A stretch of 64,000 bases of DNA. It comes from Schmidtea polychroa. Its lineage: Eukaryota. Location of the stretch: contig CM097887.1 of NCBI GenBank assembly GCA_044892525.1, positions 49,166,001-49,230,000 of the forward strand. The letters are read 5' to 3'. Shown here piece by piece: positions 1 to 13,950 of this stretch. The stretch's first letter is position 1. Each line of letters opens with the position of its first letter. The position numbers were made by a program, and so were the translations under genes. The notes beneath the pieces are model-generated. The model was not told the DNA's origin. It worked only from the letters and a program-made list of their open reading frames with translations, and did not search any database.

Positions 1-676
1 ACTGACTTTTTTTATTTAAAAATATGTATTGCTGGTGTACATGTTTTCGGTGGTATGTTGAGGTCCCAATATTTGAAACACTCAACTTTGCTGGTTCTTA
101 TATAAATAAAACACAAGTCTCAATATAAATATTTATTAATAATAAAAATTACCTAAAATAAACAATGTAAGTTTCCAAATAAAATCGTATTATCAATTCA
201 AACAATTATTTCTTTTATTCAATTACTTTTGAGCTACTTTAAAATGGTTGCAAATATGTATTTTGTTAATATGCTATGTAATGCGTGCTTATGTAAAAAT
301 TACTGCTTTTTAGAAAATCTGTGAGACAAATTCTGTACTATCTCGGGTTTTAATTATTTCTCCGGATTAACCTTCGAAATCGCTATAACGCTAATTTTTG
401 GCGATTGTTCTAAATATTATTGGGGTATATATAGTATTTTGAAATAAATTATTTTAATTTCCGGCTTATACGCACGGAATATTATTTAATATATTTTACA
501 TGTGTTTTGTAATAAATATTTTACTAATATTTTTTAACTTATAGAACAGCAGATGTTTTTGATTGCCTAGATAATATCGAAAAATATATTCATTTCAGGC
601 TTGTACGCACAGAATATATAATTTTTTTTAATATTGTTAAAACATAATTAAATATATTTTTTTATAATACCCGTGT

Positions 677-805
677 CAGTTTATCCCTTTGCCCTTTCAT
701 TTCCTGCATTTCCCTCGCCATTTTATCCCTTCCCCCCCTTCATTTCCTGCATTTCCCGTATCAGTTTATCCCTTTCCCCCTTCATTTCCTGCATTTCCCT
801 CGCCA
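677..805. repeat. Pyrimidine-rich tandem repeat, about 42-bp unit, 3 copies
   Basis: tttatccctt(t/c)...ttcatttcctgcatttccc recurs at ~680, ~722 and ~765. It produces the spurious ORFs at 673 and 689. Confidence 0.8.
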
Positions 806-1181
806 GAAAAAACCAAATCCTTTTTAAAACAACACCGTCCAAAAAAATTCAAGATTTTTAATCCAAAATTCCAAATCGATCAACAAGAAAACAACAACAT
901 TCACAATTGTCCACGTCTGTGTGCGCACACAAAAAACTCCAAAAACCAGTACAAAGCGCACACAGACGCGAGAATCGACAATTAATCAGTAGTCATACTG
1001 ACATCAGCAACATAGGTTGTCCCAAAATTATTTTTATCTTTCATTTGATTGAATTTATAAGTGTTTATAAACTAAAAACATTTTCAGTGTTGATTAGGTG
1101 TTCGTCAACAGTATTCGTGTTAGGGGTTAGGGTTACTAACGGAATATTTTTTCTGAGATATTTTCAACCTTAAAACAACAA

Positions 1182-2242
1182 TGGCAAAAGATATCCAGTT
1201 AGGCTATATTATGCTTTATGAGTTTCAACTTGAACATAATGTGACAATAGCAATTTAAACATTTGTATTGCAATGAGTAGAGATGCAAATAAATTAAGAA
1301 AGTGTCAAACGTGGCTCAAGAAATTTCGTTCTGGAAATTTTGACATTGAAAATCTACCAAGATCAGGTAAACTTAAAGTGATTGAAAGTGACGATATTAA
1401 GATAACTGTTGAGGCAGATCAAAATTAACAGTGCGGGAGCTAGCACAGAGACTCAATATTCCTCGTACCTCAGTTCATAGATATTTAAAAAATTTGGGAC
1501 AGGTATCAACTTGTGGGATATCGATTCCTCATAAATTGTCTCAATCAAACATTGCGCAGCACATTTCAATATGCCAATCCTTAATGAATTGAGATCAGAA
1601 TGAATCGTTTTGATTCGCGTTATCACTGGAGATGATAAGTTGATTCTTTACTATAACACAACACGCAAGAGGCAGTGGCTGACCGCCAATCAATCCCTAA
1701 TTTATACTCCAAGAAGAGTATGTTATACATTTGGTGGAGTATGAATGGTGTGATCCATTATGAACTATTGAATTATTGACAGACAATTACGATAGACATA
1801 AACACTGTGCCCATCCAGATCGTTTGAAATAGGCTCTGCTTTTAAAAAGACCAAGAAGAATGGTAATTTTACACCAGGACAACGCTTGCCCACAAGTTTC
1901 GAAGTTTAGAAAAAATCATTGGATTTCCTGGGAACTTTTTTTTCATGCACCGTATTCTTCGGACATTGGACCAAGCAACTATCATCTTTATGGATCTTTG
2001 CAACATTTTCTTTGCGGAAAACAATATCAAACAAAGTCAGGTATAAAAACCACATCGGCTTATTTATTGCTTCAAAAAAATAATGTTTTTTCGAATCAGG
2101 TATCAATAAACTAATTGACAGGTAGAGAATGATTGTAGAAAAAGATGGAGAATATATAATGGATTAAAAATATTGGTTGTTTTATTTTTTTAATTATTAA
2201 ACTTGAACACAAAAAAACGCAGACTGATGAGACAACGGAATA
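1182..2242 (+). mobile_element. Degenerate mariner (Tc1/mariner) transposon
   Basis: The broken frames contain mariner motifs: IMLYEFQLEHN (N-terminal HTH), TGDDKLILYYN, LHQDNACPQ and HAPYSSDIGPSNYHLYGSLQHFL (cf. HPPYSPDLAPSDYHLF). Many stops and frameshifts. A right-end-like sequence ends ...gagacaacggaata at ~2242; no left TIR was found. Confidence 0.85.
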
Positions 2243-2690
2243 TTTTAAAATAATTTTCTATTTAAAAACAAAATGATTTAAAAACTCGGAAGATTGTAGC
2301 TTATTTAGTAAATTGTAATTGATGTGTAATTTGAAAATAATAAAAAATCGCAAAAATTAATTTCAAATTAGAATAAAATTAAAATAATTTATTAAATTTT
2401 TACATGTAATTCAAATTATACATCAAAGGATGAAATTTAACAATTTTGTAAGAAATATTTTTATTTACTAATGTTTCATAATGATAATTGTAAGTTTTCT
2501 AATTATTAATATTAAAATTTTAAGTAACTTTTTACAATCAATGCTTGGTATTTATCACATCAACATTTTAGATGATTAATTTTTAAATGAAAAAATCTTT
2601 AATTTAATTGAATAAAAAATTAAAGTGTTTGTTTGTTTAATTTGTTACACTCAAAATTACTATTAGCTATTTTAATTTTTGTTTAGTGTA

Positions 2691-4025
<1,335 letters not shown>

Positions 4026-5058
4026 ATTTATCGTGTATTTTATTAATGGTTATAAATAATATGTAATTAATATTTATTAAAAATTTAAAAATATTTTATA
4101 GTGGTTGTTTTACTATTCTAATTAATATTTTCTTAAGGCGGCAGTAACATTTACTTTGAAAAAATATTTATATTTCAGAGAAGAAATGTATTTCCTTTGC
4201 ATTTAAATTTAAGAAGGAAAAATATTAGAAATGTCTAAACTTGACGAAATTATTAAACACTAAATTTTACTTTGTTTCCGGGGATTGTAAAAGAGTGAGC
4301 GTTGCAAATTAGGTTCTAGAGCAGTTGTTCATTACCTTTTTAGCTACCTTCACCCAAAGGTTTACAAATAAAATTCTCGCACCTCTTATAAAAATGTATG
4401 TATTCGATTTAACCTGTCAATATTTTCGATTCCACTCTTCCCTTCGTAACTATGCATAATTATTTAAAATGGCAGCCAGGAAAAGGTGAGCCTCGCCATA
4501 AAGACTACTATAAAGACTTACCATAGAAGGTATAGTGCCCTCTTTCATTCTGTTCTCACTCTCATTTCTGGTGGGTTACGGGTAATTCACATTTTAACCC
4601 TTTGTGCTGTTTCCAGATAACAAGAATGATGTACCGCTCGATATCCGTCGAAGTATTAACGTTGGAACTGTATCGAGTGAGTAATTGCGAAAATTGAGCG
4701 TACACTATAATCGGCAAGTACTCGGGCGGGTTCGCAGACTGCCATTAGAAGGCCTATGTCCGACTTTCTTTTAGGTCCCTCTATTTGTAATCTGTTAGCT
4801 GAAAGTAACTCTTTATTTGAGTTAAGCTTCTCAAACACTAAAAAAATATCATCAACCTAATTTTATACACTGTTTAGTTAAATTGTATGATGAAATTTTC
4901 TTTTTCTTTAAAATTTTTTATAGCAACACCATTAACTTGTTTATACTACTCATTGTTAAAAAGAAAATCCACATTCGAAGTTGCAAATTCAAGTAATTTA
5001 CGAAATGCAATTTCATTAACTTTCTCATGTTCGATAACATTTTCTTTCCACATCCTTT

Positions 5059-5149
5059 TAATACGCCGATCCCTCGCTTAACGAATTAATTCTTTCCCAA
5101 AAAACTGAATTTAAATCGAAATTTATTTAAGCGAGGGATTGGAGTATTT
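5059..5149. mobile_element. About 90-bp MITE-like element with ~23-bp imperfect TIRs
   Basis: taatacgccgatccctcgcttaa (5059-5081) is nearly the reverse complement of ttaagcgagggattggagtattt (5127-5149). Confidence 0.55.
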
Positions 5150-5480
5150 AAATAAATCAAGACACTTTTGAATAAAATTAGTAATAAAAAAATTACCTCA
5201 AAAATATATCCCACACAACACAAATTGTTTTAATAACAAGGTAATCTAATTTATACAAAATATTAATGTTCTATATATAATATTCTAATAACCACAATAC
5301 AAAATAAAAAATTCGTTTGTTTTATTTTGTATTCTGTTTCTGTATATTCGTACAGTGTGATTTCCCTAATTAAATAAAAAAAAATTCGTAAATCGAATTT
5401 TTTTTCGTAAACAGAAACTGAATTATTTTCTAATTTACGTTTTAGCGAAACTTAGTAAAAAGAGACTTCGTAAAGCGAGT

Positions 5481-5692
5481 ATATATATATATATATAATT
5501 TTATTATTTAATTTAACGCTCGAGAAATGAATATATGATATTTTAATGTAAATAAAGTGAATCCAAATATTTTTTTCACAAAATTAATCAATTTAATAAG
5601 CAAGATAACCTTAAAATGTTTAAATAAAAAATAATCTAGAATATCACGCAGAAATACAAGCAATACAAAATTAAATCATTATTGAAATAAGT
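5481..5692 (+). repeat. Duplicated segment A (second copy at 13705-13903, upstream of the TANGO6-like gene)
   Basis: Near-identical run tatatataattttattattt...aacgctc(g/a)agaaatgaatatatgatatttt...gcaagataaccttaaaatg...atatcacgcagaaatacaagcaatacaaaatt...attgaaataagt at both sites. Confidence 0.9.
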
Positions 5693-6995
5693 TTGGTTAT
5701 TTTATTTTATTTTGGTTTTTATTTTTTGGTTATTTTTTCTGGTGATATTTGACCTCCAAGAAATTGGAAAGCTCTCTTCAGTCGCTTCTTCATCTTGCCT
5801 ATAGAACTTGATCGTTTTATCGCCTTCAACGGTGACCAATCGTTGGCTGGCCCTGTCGATTACTGTCGAACGAGAATCCCAATATCGAGTTTTCTGAATC
5901 GGGACTGCCGGTTGAGAGGGCGATTGGAGCTTCTGGAAATTATATCCGGATTTCCAGTCCCAGAAATAGAGAGTTCCATCGTTGCCACCAAATACAGCGA
6001 CATTATTCTCATTGACGATGACCGCATTGATTATCGTGTTGTGTCCCTTCATGTTCTGCATAAACTGGCCTTTTGGCAGTGAGAATCGCTTGATTCCGTC
6101 CGCTGAGCCCGACATGAAGTGATCGGTAATCGGATGAATGAAAACCGATCGGACGGCTTTTTTGTGATTGATCAATACCGATTGGGTTTTGGTCGGTCGT
6201 AAATCCCACAAACGTACTGTTGCATCATGGGAACCCGATATCATCTCCGCAAGATTTGATTGGCATCTAACTGATGCTACTGCATCTCTAAGGCCGGACA
6301 GAATATGGACATTGATTTTTGTGCGCATATCCCAAATGTGAACGACGCTGTCCTGCCCACCTGTCATTAATAGAATGAGTTCCGGATGCAATAGACGGTA
6401 GAAGTGTGTCCGTGATAGTGACGAATGACTTTATTTTGTTCTAAATCCCAACATTTAACGGTTTTATCTTCACCACAACTGAAGACATTAGGATGGCGAT
6501 GGCTGATCTGGACACCACGAACTCCACTGACATGACCAGTTAGAGATAAACGCAATTTTTCATTTTAAACATTCTATATTTTTAGCATTCGATCATCGGA
6601 TCCAGTGATATAGTACTCATTGTCAGGACTGGATGAAATACATCTCACCCAACATAGTGAGCACTAACAACTTAATTAATAATTTCCAGGGAGCATGCCA
6701 ATCGGGTTTTGGTACAGTTTTAGCTTTTTTACGAACAACTAATTGAGTGTTAAAATCTTGATTAGAATTTTCATCATTATTTATAAAAATAGATTTTGCA
6801 TTAGGTTCTGGAAAAGACATGGCTCGCTTTCTACTTATAGCTAGTTTTCGATTAAAAGTACTTAAATCAGTAGAAGGAACAGTTATGTTTGTATTATTAT
6901 CATTTGTGAGAATACCATATTGATCCAATGATTTGATTTTATTAATAAATTTTGTTTCAGGTTTCTCAGACTCTGGAATTGATCCATGATTTGAC
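5693..6995 (-). pseudogene. PLRG1: Pleiotropic regulator 1 (Prp46) processed pseudogene, 5'-truncated
   Basis: [66 protein letters not shown] and DKTIKFYRQDEEATEES match PLRG1. It has no introns, in-frame stops (KI*NV*NEKL where KIWDLASGKL is expected), at least 4 frameshifts, no start codon, and an A-rich tail at the 3' junction (5693-5740). Confidence 0.88.
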
Positions 6996-7084
6996 TCAAA
7001 TAAATCTAAAACATAAAGTATGGAGAGAGTTAAATATTGTTATTTTAATGAACATACATATTTTTTTAAATCATGATTCCTAAC

Positions 7085-8387
7085 CCTATCAAGCCGTATT
7101 GAACTAAATGATTCACGACGTTCTTGAGCCCAAAATACAACACTCGGGGGTCCATAAAATTGCGACCCGCAATTTTAATTCCATGATCAAGTTCAAATTA
7201 TTTTTCAGAGTGATTGCATTGTATTACAAGTACCTACATGCAATTGGGTCCACGAGCTACAGGGTCGGTACCTCAATACTCACATACATAAAAATTGCTT
7301 TACAAATATACTACATACTACAGATGGGTTTAAAGATGAAGATTGTTTGGTTATTGAGTTGGTGACAATGTTTGTAAATTCAAACCTTTACTCTGACTCC
7401 AAAGTGTGTTTATTAATTCACAATTCAACACTCTCGAACACGATAAGCTTTATTAATATCCACACGGGATTGTACAAATTTCAATTACAACCAATTAACT
7501 ATGAACCAATTTATCACACAGAGCTTATTTCGACACTACGTGAAGAATAGCCCTTTCTGTAATCACAACAATAATCACTAGCCGTCAACTACTCAATTAC
7601 CGGATACGTTGATCGATTGTTCTATTTGTTTGACCACACAATTTATTTACTTCACTTCCACATTATATTCAATTTTACAAAAGATTCTCGTCACTTCTCG
7701 TTTCACTTTGTTTTTGATTCTCATTTTTAAATCTTTTCGTCTCTAATTTTGCTCTACTTTTTGTCTCTAATTTCGTTCTATTTTTGTTCTTAATTTCGTT
7801 CTGTTTTTGTTCTACTTTTTGTTCTGATTTCTCGATCAACTGTTCTGCTTTATACAGTCTGTTTCATTTGTGGCACTGGCGACAGATTCTGTTTTCCATT
7901 TTCCTTTTTCTCTACGTCATCCTTATCTCTGACGGATATCAAGATATTTTTCCATTTTCCTTTTTTGTTAAGCCGCCTTCTCCCTACAATTTCGGTATCT
8001 TTGGCAAGCTGTCAAGATACGGCTTTTTCCCATTTTTTGTTTTTCTGGAATTTGAAATTCCACCACCATTTGTACTTCTTAATTACCAATGAACCTTGTT
8101 TTAATTTCTTGTTTGTTTCGTTTTCTTTGATTTATCTTAATATTTTTAATTTCTTTTTATTTCCGTTTTCTTTTCTGAGTTCACATAGATTGTCCTGTTT
8201 GTCATGGTTATCCCCCCCAGGTAATTTATTTATTTATTATGTTATTTATCATTTAGGTATCCTCAACAAGAGAAATAAGACCGAGGCCGGTCCACATAAA
8301 ATTTAATCAAATTGTATAGATTAGTTCGAATATCAATGTTGTCGAATTATAGTTCAGTATTGACATCTTGAAATCAGAGTTATTTAG
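7085..8387 (-). mobile_element. Relic of an LTR-element-related repeat, interrupted by the gypsy insertion at 8388
   Basis: 7141-7174 matches the 3'-terminal motif of the giant element (35762-35796). 7700-8270 is a diverged copy of 26230-26915 (shared ctggcgacagattctgttttccattttcc, gtcaagatacggctttttcccatttttg, atttaggtatcctcaa). Confidence 0.55.
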
Positions 8388-8622
8388 TATTAGGAGGTTC
8401 ATCCTGTAAAACATTAAAGTCAGTTTTTGTTTCCATAAATTTTATTTCAATAAATATCAAAATCAAATTATGTCTTCCTTAATCTTTCTTATTTAAACAA
8501 ATTTTCTACGAAGATATTTTTAATTAAAATATCTTCTTATTTTGTTTTTTTAAAAATTAATCTAAACTTTAATTTTTAAAATTTTTAATTTAAAAATTTC
8601 TTCATCATAAAACTTCCTCATA
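8388..8622 (-). repeat. 3' LTR of the 4.6-kb gypsy element
   Basis: Direct repeat of 12715-12949. The polypurine tract AAGAAGGGGGA (minus strand, 8623-8633) abuts it. Confidence 0.95.
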
Positions 8623-11600
8623 TCCCCCTTCTTAAGAAATTTTTAAGTTTTTCCACATTTCTTTCGATCCTTTTTCCATCTTCATTTCTTAAGATGTATC
8701 GTCTGTCATGCACTTTCTCTATCACTTTGTACGGACCTTCATACCTGTCCTGGGCTTTGTGGCGTGTTTCTACTTTTACTAATACTTCTTCTCCTACATT
8801 GAATTTTCTCCTTGTTTGTTCTTCTAGTTCTTCCTTTATCGGTATTTCTTTGGACCCGTACCATTTTTCCCTGCTAATCTTTTTTCCAAAAACTATCTCT
8901 GCCGAGCTTTTCCCTGTCATTTTTTGTTTGGTTGCATTTAAAGTGAATTCGACTTCTGGTAATATCTCTGCCCAATCCGTCTTCTTTCTATCCTGTAAAG
9001 TAGCATTTATCAAATCCCGTATTGTCCTGAATTGTCTTTCTATCTGACCGTTTGTTTGGTGATGGTATGGACTCGAAAAACATAATTTAATATCTAGCAT
9101 CTTTGTGAATTCTCTCATCATTCCTGATTCAAACGCTTTTCCGCAATCAACTCGTATCTCCTTTGGGCATCCAAATCTTAAAATCCACTTTTCTAAAATC
9201 GTTTTCTTTATTGTTTCTTCGTCTTGTTTTGTTATCGCTGTCAAGACTTGATACTTACTATACTGATCTATTATGCCCAATATATACTTATTACGTCCTT
9301 TTGTTTCTGTCAACGGTCCACATATATCCACAAATATAATTTCGAACATTTCCTTCGAATCTTGTCTTTTTACTGGTTCTTTCGTTGTTATTGTTAAAGC
9401 CTTGGTTTTTTGACAAATCTCACAACTTCGAACAATCTCCTGAATCTTACTCCACAGGTGTTTTCCAACATATCTATCTTTCATGTAATCAGCTATCTTC
9501 TCGACTCCAGCATGACACAATAGTCTATGTATTTCCTTTATTGTTTCTTGTAACTCATTTTCAGGTATCATCGTTTTCTTTCGTACTTCTTCTACAATTC
9601 CATGTTGGATGTTGCTTCTTCCCTCTTCTCTGATCGAGTCTAGTAATCTTGTTTTTATCTTTCCTTTCTTAGCTTCTTCGTGGGCCATTTGACATTGAAC
9701 ACACGTGTCACATTTAGTTCTCGACACCATGTCTGCATTTTGGTGATTAATACCCTTTCTGTATTCTACTCTTATATCTAAACTGCTCAAATAATTGATC
9801 CATGTTTGGAATTGTGAAGTAATCGGCTTCTTGGTTGTCATCATAAACGTGATTGCCTTGTGGTCTGTCCTGAGCGTGAATCTTCTTCCATAGAGATTGT
9901 GCTTAAAATGAATGCAAAAATAATATACCGCCAATAGTTCCTTTCTTGTAATACAATATCCTTTCTCGTGGCTCGTCATCGAGTGTGATCCATACGCAAT
10001 TACTCTTTCCTTTCCATCTTTATCTCTTTGTGAAAGTACTGCTCCAATGGTATCGAAACTAGCGTCGGTATCTAAAATGAACTCCTTTTTTCAGATCCGG
10101 AAAACATAAGATTGGCACCGTCGTGAGTACTAATTTCAATCCCTCAAACACGCTATTCGTTCCTTCACTCCATTCTAATTTTTTGTTACTTGGTCCGCTA
10201 CATAATTGTTCTAACATCCTTGCCTTCTTTGCATAATCACTGATGAATCTTCTATAATAATTGCAAATACCTAAAAAGCTTCGGAGTTTCTTTACGCAAT
10301 TAGGCTTCCCAAAGTTCTGTATGGCCTGAATTTTAGATGGATCTGTCTGTACTCCTTCCTTGCTGATTATGTGTCCTAAGAATCTGATTTCTTCCTTTAT
10401 TATTTGGCATTTTTCTGGATTAATCCTTAGGCCTGCTTCCTCAATCGCCTTTAACACTTCTCCGAGTATTGTATAGTGTTTCTCTTTACTGCTTGAATAA
10501 ATCAAGATGTCGTCCAAATACACCATTGCTCCCTTTATTTTGCCTAATACTTTTGTCATCATTTCTTGGAACGTACCTGGTGCTGCTGCAATTCCAAACG
10601 GCATTCTGTTGAAACAATATTGTCCGTTCTTTGTTGAGAAAGCTGTTTTCTCCTGTGATTCTTCTTCTAGTTCCACTTGGTAATATGCATTACCTAGATC
10701 GATTGAGCTGAAAAGGACGGATCCTCCTAACAAATCCAACATTTCGTCTATGTTTGGCATTGGAAATGCCTGCCTCTCTGTTACCGCGTTCAGCTGCCTA
10801 AAGTCCAAGCATAGTCTAATATCCTTTTTCTCTTTTTTCCATACACATATTAACGGTGTATTCCATGGAGAGTTACATTTCCGTATAATTCCATTTTCGT
10901 ACAAATTTTGTATTGCTTCTTCAATCTTTGATTCCAAATTTAGTGGTTGGCGATATGGTTTTATGTTTATCGGCTCACCTCTTGTAACTATCTTGCGACC
11001 CACATCCCATTTATCTGCCATAAACACGTTTCCACTGTTTGTTATAATTTCCTTTAATTTGCTATCTTCATTGATCTTTAACTGCTCCAACGCTCGTATC
11101 AATCGTTCTTCATCCTTTATTTTTCTGCCAAATTTTGCTTCAATGTTACAAATATAGTTCTTGTCTTTTTCACTAGCCTCGATATCTTTAATTTTTAACA
11201 GTCTAAATCCAAATGTTTCTTGTAATTCGATTCCTCCAATCACGTCTGGTGTCACTTTCTCCGCCACAATGAATATAACTTCCTTCGAAACATTTCCAAT
11301 GGTTACTTGCACCTTCGTTTTTCCTATTGTCTCGATCGTACTCTCGTTTGCGCATCGTAACTTATCGTCACTTTTCGTCAATTGTTGTCCTTGTAGCTTG
11401 TTGAAACAGTTCACACTCATTACATTGATTCTTGCACCAGTGTCTAATAAACAGTCGAAATTTTCTCCATTCATCCTTACTGTTATACTAGACCTTCCTT
11501 GCATTCTGTTATACAAAATTTCAACAACCTGCTCCGTTTCAATGGTTCCAATTCTTTCCACTTCCTCTTCAAATATTTCTCTCTTTAGGAACCTGTATAC

Positions 11601-11660
11601 TTTCTCGCTTACCCTTCCAACATTCTCCCACTTTTCTGCCCCTTGAGGATATCCCATCAA
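8618..11660 (-). CDS. pol: Gypsy Pol (protease, RT, RNase H, integrase); +1 frameshift in an A6 run at 10086-10091
   Basis: LLDTGA protease and YLDD RT. Removing one A restores PDLKKEFILDTDASFDTIGAVL (RNase H). HHCC zinc finger, D-D35-E core (FVDICG / RVDCG / QIER) and GPY motif. Confidence 0.93.
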
Positions 11661-11668
11661 ATGTTCTG

Positions 11669-12715
11669 TTAGAATATGGCTCCAACCAACTCCTCTACTG
11701 GTGGAGCCCTGTTGTTTGGGTACGTCTTCCTAAAATTATCTTCATTTGTCTCTACACACGATTCCCTTTCTTCTTCTTCCTCGATACCATTTATCCGACT
11801 GTATCTGTTTCCCGTGAATCTTTGTCTCTCCGTCGCTCTCCCGTACCTCATCTTTGTATAACACTCCTCGGATCTATGACCATTTCTGCTACATCTTTCA
11901 CAACGTATTTTCTGACACAATCTTCTTATATGACCTTCTTTCCCACACCCAAAACATCTTGGAGCTTTTTTATCTGGACAGTTTCTACTTATATGTCCGC
12001 TTCTATGACATGTCCAGCATTCTATTTTACCTTTTATTGGACAATCAATTTTCGTGTGTCCTATTTTGTGGCATAACCAGCATTCTGGCATTTCTCTTCG
12101 GATACTTTCTTCTCTCTGTTCTTTCTTCTTGTATTGTACTCTTCCCTGTGGTTCCTGATAGACCACTCTGGCGTAACTTTTCATACTGTTTATCTGCTCT
12201 CTTTGCTTGTCTACTTTGTCCATCAGAGTTAGTGTTTCCTTTATTTCTTCTGTGCTTTTTATCTTCCGTAGTATCACTTCTTTCTCAACTTCTTTATTCT
12301 CCGCACATACGATTAACATCCTTGCTGTTAATTTCTCTTTGGTAAATTCTTTATTTTCGAACAATCTATCAACAAGGTCCTCCACCTTTTTAAAATACGT
12401 TTCTATTTCTTCACCCTTCCGCTTGTAATTCAACAAGTTTTGTAGATCCTTTAAAACATCTCCTTCACGATCGAATGCCAATCGCAACCTAGCCTGGAAT
12501 CCTTCGGCTTTTTTCAGTGTTTTGGCGTACACTTCCAGGAGATCCTCATCAATCTTGCAAGATGTTAATCTTTCCTGGTCTTTCTTCTGCGTGATTCCCT
12601 TGGCGTCGAAATAAATTTCGCATCTTTTAATGAACTTTTCCAAATCGTCCCCTTAGCAGAATACTTTTGGTAGCAATCTTTCGGTGATTGCGTCCTTGTT
12701 TACCGCTGCCACCAT
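11669..12715 (-). CDS. gag: Gypsy Gag with tandem CCHC zinc knuckles; premature TAA at 12653-12655
   Basis: CWLCHKIGHTKIDC, CWTCHRSGHISRNC, CFGCGKEGHIRRLC and CERCSRNGHRSEEC. The in-frame ATG at 12715 gives MVAAVNKDAITERLLPKVFC*GDDLEKFI. Confidence 0.85.
12700..12714 (-). promoter_or_regulatory. Primer-binding site, tRNA-Leu-like
   Basis: TGGTGGCAGCGGT directly follows the 5' LTR. It is complementary to the ...ACCGCUGCCACCA 3' end typical of eukaryotic tRNA-Leu(AAG) (recalled, not searched). Confidence 0.8.
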
Positions 12716-12949
12716 ATTAGGAGGTTCATCCTGTAAAACATTAAAATCAGTTTTTGTTTCCATAAATTTTATTTCAATAAATATCAAAATCAAATTATGT
12801 CTTCCTTAATCTTTCTTATTTAAACAAATTTTCTACGAAGATATTTTTAATTAAAATATCTTCTTACTTTGTTTTTTTAAAAATTAATCTAAACTTTAAT
12901 TTTTAAAATTTTTAATTTAAAAATTTCTTCATCATAAAACTTCCTCATA
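12715..12949 (-). repeat. 5' LTR of the 4.6-kb gypsy element
   Basis: Direct repeat of 8388-8622; ends TATGAGGAAG...CCTCCTAATA. Confidence 0.95.
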
Positions 12950-13950
12950 TTTATAATTAGGATTCAAATCACAAATTGTCTTGTTCAGGATCAATGTCAA
13001 ATAATAGTAAACTCACGGTGCAATTATACACTGATTATTGTCAGATGATGTCAGGATTAACAAAACTCTGTTGTTCCGGATCTCGTCTCGGTGACGGCTC
13101 TGGTTTCGAAGTTTGAAGAAGATTTGAAATAGCTTGGATGGTTTGTTGTTCTGGGTATTGGTTCTTCCATTGGAATGCGAATACTGTTGGATTGTTCCTT
13201 TAGTTTGAGGGTTTAACTGTTTTCAGGACTTTGATTAGGTTTGAGGGCTATCAAGCTCAGTATAGTGATATTCACCATTAGGCTCGCCACTAATAGAATT
13301 AGTACTGTTACAGGTTTGGAGTTTAGGGATTCAGATCGACTTCCTTCTGGTGACTTTTTTTAAATTTTTAACTCTATCTTTTTTCCAACATACTCATTAC
13401 TTCCATCAATTGAACTGTGTCTGTTGATTCATGTTTCTCTTCAAAATTGTTGGATTTGCTCTCTTCATGATCTTGTAAGGTCTTATTGACGGTTGTCATT
13501 ACTCCTTTTTGAATGTTTTTAACATCTTCTTCAGGATATCTTGGTTTGTATGGTTTTCGTTGGAGATGGCTAATCTCTTTTTTATTTCTTTGAGGGTCTT
13601 GATCATTGTCCCATGATTCCTCGGATTTTCATTTACGGTTGTGATAATTTCTTTCTTTATGTATTTTAAGGTTTATATTATTTTATCATGAGTACTAGGA
13701 GTACTATATATATATATAATTTTATTATTTAATATAATTTAACGCTCAAGAAATGAATATATGATATTTTAATGTGAAATATTTTTTCACAAAATTAATT
13801 AATTTAATAAGCAAGATAACCTTAAAATGTTTAAATTAAAAATAATGTAGAATATCACGCAGAAATACAAGCAATACAAAATTAATTCATTATTGAAATA
13901 AGTCTAATTTGTTTAAATATTGTTAATGAACATACAAATTTTTAAAAATC

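Larger units (their letters stand above)
8388..12949 (-). mobile_element. Ty3/gypsy LTR retrotransposon, full length (4.56 kb), young, three point lesions
   Basis: Two 235-bp LTRs differing at 2 positions, a PBS, a PPT, gag and PR-RT-RH-IN pol. Flanks TTTAG/TTTAT (imperfect TSD). Confidence 0.95.

Noticed and set aside
673-1173. Pro/Phe/Ser-rich ORFs
   Set aside because: Translations of a pyrimidine-rich tandem repeat; no domain or splice support.
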